Origin: Takakia lepidozioides
Lineage: Eukaryota; Plantae; Bryophyta
Assembly: GCA_030704615.1 (NCBI GenBank)
Contig: CM060732.1
Location: 51,398,001 to 51,462,000 of the forward strand
Reading direction: 5' to 3'
Length of the DNA stretch: 64,000 bases
Shown here: one piece after another, positions 62,099 through 64,000 of the stretch
How positions within the stretch are numbered: position 1 is the stretch's first letter
Layout: each line of letters opens with the position of its first letter
The notes under the pieces: model-generated
Database searches by the model: none
What the model saw: the letters and a program-made list of their open reading frames with translations, nothing else
What the model was told of the DNA's origin: nothing
Made by a program: the position numbers and the translations under genes

Positions 62099-63908
62099 TC
62101 ACAGGAGCTCTCATCTCATTCTGGTGTCTTATCCAGAATGAACAGGCTGCCTTGCGATGTCCTGGCTGATTACAATAGTAACATAGCTCTTCACCATTGG
62201 GTCCTCGCCCTTGGTCTGTTCTTGGATTATTTCTATAATCCTGATTCCCGGGCTGGTAATTCCCCCTTGGATTACCCTGATAGTTGCCTCTGGAATTTCC
62301 TTGGTAATTCCCTCTTGAATTACCTCTCCCTTCCATGCCATTGTTATAACCACCAGACCTACCATAGTGGTCCTGATCATTGTTTCTTCTTGGCTGGGGC
62401 TGCACCTGATGCACCCTTACTTGCCTAGGTTCTCTTGCAGCTGTCCTTCTGTTGTAGTAACAATTCTCAGTAGAATGGTTATCCATTTTACAGATAGTAC
62501 AGTGTTTCTCCTTCATGTGGCATTCTGTGGTGGTATGGCCTTCATTCTGGCACTTTGCACACCATACACCCTTCCTCCAATGTGTTGCAGCCTCTGTGGC
62601 ATACTTCTTCAAGATTTCTTCCAATTTTTTTTCATAGTTATCCCTCTTCAACTTCTCCTTTCTCTTACTCTTTCTTTTTAGTTCTTGCTCTTCTTCTTCA
62701 TCTGACTCATCCTCAGAGTCCTCATCTTCTTTTTTCTCTCTCCTGAGCATTCCCAATTGCTCAATTCTGTTCGCAGTTTCAAATGCCTCCTCCACTGTAT
62801 TATGGGGTAAACATATCCACTTTCTTTTGCAACTCTGGTCTTAATCCACTCACAAACCAAGTCTTCTGTAAACCGGGCGCTGGTACTGCAGCCAGCTTTT
62901 TCATCATCAATTCCATCTTCTCCATATACTCTTCAACAGTTTCATGCTTCTTCTGCTTCAGCTGTTGTAAACTTCCATACACTTCATCCTCAGTTTTACT
63001 TGTCCTGAACCTATTTCGAAATGCTGTATTCAAGCCATTCCAGGTTAGGAAATGATTATCAGGGAATCTTGCATACCATTCACTTGCTTTCTTGATAAGT
63101 GAACAAGGAAACAGTCTCATCTTGGCATCATCGCCATTCTCATTGTTCACTATACACATGTGCTCAAATTGGCTAATGTGTACATCGGGATCCCCTTTTC
63201 CTGAATATATTGGAAAGGGTGGTTTTGCCCGTGTTGGTTGTAACGCCATCTGTGGCCCTACCTTCTGCCCACTGACAGGTGCTGGCACCCTTGCTGGTGC
63301 TGGTCCTTCTGGACCTGTTGTTTTTGTGGTGGATCTTCCACCAAGTGGTGGCCCTTGAGCACTCCTTGCTTCTGGCCCCACGATATTCACAGTATTCCCA
63401 GCTTCAGTTGCACTACTTCCCACACCCCTGTCCCCCCAGAGCCAGATCCAGGCAGCCCGCCTGATCCCCCTGAGCCGACACCTTCGTTGGCCTGTGATCC
63501 AAGTGCTCCACTTGATCCAGGTCCAACGGGTTGGGATGTCCTGGTTGTAGTCTCAACCTCAGCTGTTGGGTCTACTTCTTCATATTCTTCCTCTTCTAAT
63601 TTCTTCTCTCTGTTTTCATCCTCCAAGTTCTGCCCTTGGGTTTCTTCTTCACTCATGTAACTCAACTGTAATGGTGTTGGAGAGTCTGAACTCTCCGTTG
63701 GCTCTGCCACATCCTCTTCTCCTTCTTCATCTTCTGCTTCAGAAACTGGAGTTCCTGCTTTTGGTGTTCCATGCCAACTCTTATCAAAGATTTCTGTCAA
63801 GTCTTTTATCCAAGGATGTACCTCAGATCTTTCACCTCGTGATTGATCTTCTTCCTGTACCAATTCCCTTAATCTTTCTTGCAAAGAAACAGAAGGAGTG
63901 GCATCCAA
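62016..63908 (-). pseudogene. gag: Gag of the nested Gypsy, frameshifted
   Basis: YSGKGDPDVHISQFE...LFPCSL..KASEWY...LKQKKHETVEEY; knuckles CAKCQNEGHTTTEC, CTICKMDNHSTENC, CYYCNQPGHRKAAC. Confidence 0.92.
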
Positions 63909-64000
63909 CTCTAGTTCTTCCGGTATAGGTGATGCACTCTTTGATCTTGATGGTGTGAGAGGTCCAGATGATTCCCCTATGTCTATTCCTCTCTCCCAAA

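Larger units (their letters stand above)
52551..64000 (-). mobile_element. Non-chromovirus-type Ty3/Gypsy LTR retrotransposon with extra 3' ORFs (extends beyond the window)
   Basis: gag with three CCHC knuckles, protease VLIDGGSGVN, RT VFLDDF, RNase H, integrase; PPT GAGGGGGGAAGGGGTAA (~53477-53461); inserted into gag of copy 4. Confidence 0.95.

Overview
Repeat-rich eukaryotic nuclear DNA, most likely from a land plant and probably a moss or other bryophyte (inferred from the gene and TE families, not proven). The main content is four copies of an unusual Ty3/Gypsy retrotransposon family: 300-2210 partial, 2871-14584 complete with a 4-bp ACAT TSD, ~15280-22740 5'-truncated, and 48669-52550 5' part only. 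Its polyprotein runs Gag - protease - DNMT3-like C5 cytosine methyltransferase - RT - RNase H - DDE integrase - PHD finger. Its ends are not ordinary LTRs but split direct repeats, A...[PPT]B-gc-A-B. This is what a 2-LTR circle would give if opened and integrated at an internal palindromic CA-GC-TG site. The primer-binding site is complementary to the loop of a conserved hairpin in its own A repeat (candidate self-priming). There is an extra ORF upstream of gag and a variable cargo slot that holds an intronless DRE2/anamorsin copy in one element. Also present: a second, unrelated Gypsy element (minus strand, 52551 to the window end) with ~4 kb of extra 3' coding sequence, a decayed Replitron HUH transposase, a methyltransferase-like gene split by the complete element, L1 fragments, a tRNA-derived SINE, a hAT MITE, degenerate tandem repeats and a few small host-like genes. 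Many frameshifts may be consensus errors, but many stop codons are CAG>TAG or CGA>TGA changes consistent with methylcytosine deamination.
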